39,652 bases of DNA from the IMG/VR virus record IMGVR_UViG_3300032233_001177, positions 1 to 39,652 of that record, one strand, 5' to 3'. Position numbers and translations under genes: made by a program. Positions 37,800 through 39,652 of the stretch are shown piece after piece. The notes beneath the pieces were generated by a model, which saw only the letters and a program-made list of their open reading frames with translations, was not told the origin of the DNA and searched no databases. The first letter of the stretch is position 1, and the number at the start of each line of letters is the position of its first letter. The stretch is from a virus (taxonomy: Duplodnaviria; Caudoviricetes).

Positions 37800-37823
37800 A
37801 TAGTACTGAAGAGGGGGTTTTTT
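37782..37823 (+). terminator. Terminator-like hairpin with late promoter TAAATA in its loop
   Basis: AAACCCCCT(CT)CTTC-TAAATAGTACT-GAAGAGGGGGTTT plus T run, ending 2 nt before ATG 37826. Confidence 0.75.
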
Positions 37824-37825
37824 CT

Positions 37826-39547
37826 ATGGCAAAATTAAAAATGGGGACTACCCCAGATTTAGCCAAAGTCCACAAAAGTGGAGACCTAAAATATTGGCCA
37901 TCGTTCTGGAAAATGGTAAAGGATGGAGTACCATTTAAAAAAGGAACAAATGGGCAAGATGGAGCAATTTTGATAGGTTATAAAACAAAAGCCGCAACTA
38001 CAAAATTAGTTGCTGAAATGGCAAAGTGTTCTACTTCAAGAGAAGTAATATCATTTCTCACAAAATATAATGCTGAGATGCCAACTACATCTGGTGGTAA
38101 AGTTAAAATTACTGAATTGTGGAAAGAGAACGTCAAGGAAGTAAAAGCATCTGCCAGCGCAGCAAAGATTGGAGGAAGAGATACAGAAGTTTATAGTGAA
38201 ATATTAGTGCAGTTTGCATTGGCATATCAACTTCAATATGGTAAACGTGCTACCCATGAAGCAGTAGGAGATGGGGACGATTTTAAAAATGATGTATTCG
38301 CTGCTATTAAAAAACGAATTGTAACTCCAGGAAAATTTGCAATATCAAATTCTGGCGTTAGAAAAAATTTGAGATTATTTTCCAGACAAATTTCGGATGG
38401 AAATGATACTTGGCTTGATAGTGCAACCGCTGCAGCACAAGTGCTAGTTAATAAATTAAAAATTCCTTCAGATGCCAAAATTTTTAATGATAAAATATTC
38501 GGTACTGGTGGCGCAGGTGACCCATATGCAGTTTATTTGAAAGCTAATACTGGATTGCAACCAGACAAATGGAACCCTGCTGATATTTGGGTAATGACTC
38601 CCGCTGGTATTAGAGACCTTGTTCACTTTAATAGAATCGCTGGTTCTAGAGCCAAGGCAAGTGTTGCTCTTTTGAATAACTTTTTGATTAAGCAATTTGA
38701 TACTAAGGATATTATTCCAGTTTCTTTGAAAAAAACTAAAGCAGACCCTTCACAAGTTCACTATAGTGTTTTGAATAGTAATGAATATATTGAAAGAATT
38801 GCTTTAGGTGGAAGTGGAAATCCAACCATTGAACTTACTGGTGGAAATCGAGACATGAAAATCAATTTCACTTTAGAAACAGTGGAACTAAACAAGGGGA
38901 TGACTGCTCGTAGAGCACAAGCAAATCTTTTTGGTAGCATTGGTAATGTTAAACCTGGGTCGCAAAAGCATATAAGAATTAAGTATAATGTAAATAAAAA
39001 GCAATTGGAATTGGAATATACTCAGACTAAAATGCCTTCTTTAGCTCTTGCAAAAATGGGTTCATTGGGTTCTAAATCATTTGCTTCTATTATTTCTGAT
39101 ACTTCAACTCAAGGTATTCATGAATTGAATAAAATTAAAGATAAACATCTAGACCTTGGTTTGGATAAAGGTGACTATTTTATTAGTCAAAAAGTTAAAT
39201 TTACAGATTCTCAATATGACTTAGTGTGTGCATACATGCAAGATATTTGGAAAGAAGTAACTGGTGATGTTATGCCAGACATGAAGAAAGATAAATCTAT
39301 TGGTAAAGATATTAATCTTTTGAAGGATAAGATGATGTCATCAGAACTTTCACTGGCAATTGGTGGTATTAAAAATGACAAGGTTAAGAGAAGAGTTATT
39401 CAGAATCTTTATAATGCATGTGCTTCAGTTGGATTTGGTTCTGGGTTAAATAAAGAGGAAAGAGAATTGATGTCTCAAAGTGGAGTGGGTCAATCAAATA
39501 AATTTAAAGCGCAGTTCACTGGTGGATTGCATGTGAAAGTGTACTGA
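37826..39547 (+). CDS. Large basic protein with putative PD-(D/E)xK restriction-like nuclease core
   Basis: E..SE helix, DKWNPADIWV, IIPVSLKK; Lys-rich. Confidence 0.6.
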   Translation: MAKLKMGTTPDLAKVHKSGDLKYWPSFWKMVKDGVPFKKGTNGQDGAILIGYKTKAATTKLVAEMAKCSTSREVISFLTKYNAEMPTTSGGKVKITELWKENVKEVKASASAAKIGGRDTEVYSEILVQFALAYQLQYGKRATHEAVGDGDDFKNDVFAAIKKRIVTPGKFAISNSGVRKNLRLFSRQISDGNDTWLDSATAAAQVLVNKLKIPSDAKIFNDKIFGTGGAGDPYAVYLKANTGLQPDKWNPADIWVMTPAGIRDLVHFNRIAGSRAKASVALLNNFLIKQFDTKDIIPVSLKKTKADPSQVHYSVLNSNEYIERIALGGSGNPTIELTGGNRDMKINFTLETVELNKGMTARRAQANLFGSIGNVKPGSQKHIRIKYNVNKKQLELEYTQTKMPSLALAKMGSLGSKSFASIISDTSTQGIHELNKIKDKHLDLGLDKGDYFISQKVKFTDSQYDLVCAYMQDIWKEVTGDVMPDMKKDKSIGKDINLLKDKMMSSELSLAIGGIKNDKVKRRVIQNLYNACASVGFGSGLNKEERELMSQSGVGQSNKFKAQFTGGLHVKVY

Positions 39548-39579
39548 GATAAATACTAAAGAAGGAAATACCTAGGTAA

Positions 39580-39652
39580 ATGAAAAGTTATAAGCATTTC
39601 TTAAGCGAGGCAAAAAAGAGCGGAGCTGCAGCAGAGGCAGAGAAGCTCGGAC
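39580..39652 (+). CDS. Partial late gene with capsid-targeting-like N-terminus (MKSYKHFLSE-AKK...)
   Basis: Late promoter TAAATA 39550-39555; resembles the T4 internal-protein targeting sequence; truncated by window end. Confidence 0.6.
   Translation, partial: MKSYKHFLSEAKKSGAAAEAEKLG

Noticed and set aside
2868-38695. Numerous 60-155 aa antisense or alternate-frame ORFs inside core genes (e.g. 5384-5833, 9301-9654, 21726-22178, 26995-27462, 37178-37585)
   Set aside because: Shadows of codon bias; no SD, promoter or recognisable motif
1-39652. CRISPR array, stop-codon recoding, IS elements
   Set aside because: No regularly spaced repeats or transposase seen; core genes are full length under the standard code

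Overview
AT-rich, almost entirely + strand segment of a T4-like myovirus genome, most consistent with a cyanophage (Kyanoviridae-like). The evidence is the gene order, a cyanobacterial-type tRNA-Ala(TGC), cobS-like/vWA pair, hsp20, mazG, two 2OG-Fe(II) oxygenases and a glnA-type riboswitch. It contains the morphogenesis block (gp17-18-19-20-67-21-22-23-3), uvsY/uvsW/gp55/gp47/gp46, the replisome block (gp45-44-62-regA, gp43-uvsX-gp41) and an accessory island at about 27.0-30.2 kb that is mostly on the minus strand. The most notable items are outside the ORF track: (1) a glutamine-riboswitch-like RNA under a late promoter controlling a 26-aa peptide; (2) a chain of five overlapping/coupled microproteins; (3) a ROSE-like thermometer hairpin on hsp20; (4) a perfect antisense sigma70 promoter back-to-back with the gp55 promoter; (5) a tRNA containing the gp46 stop codon; (6) a hairpin-gated putative nuclease; (7) apparent strong GATC avoidance. 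All family assignments are from motif recognition by eye, with no database search.
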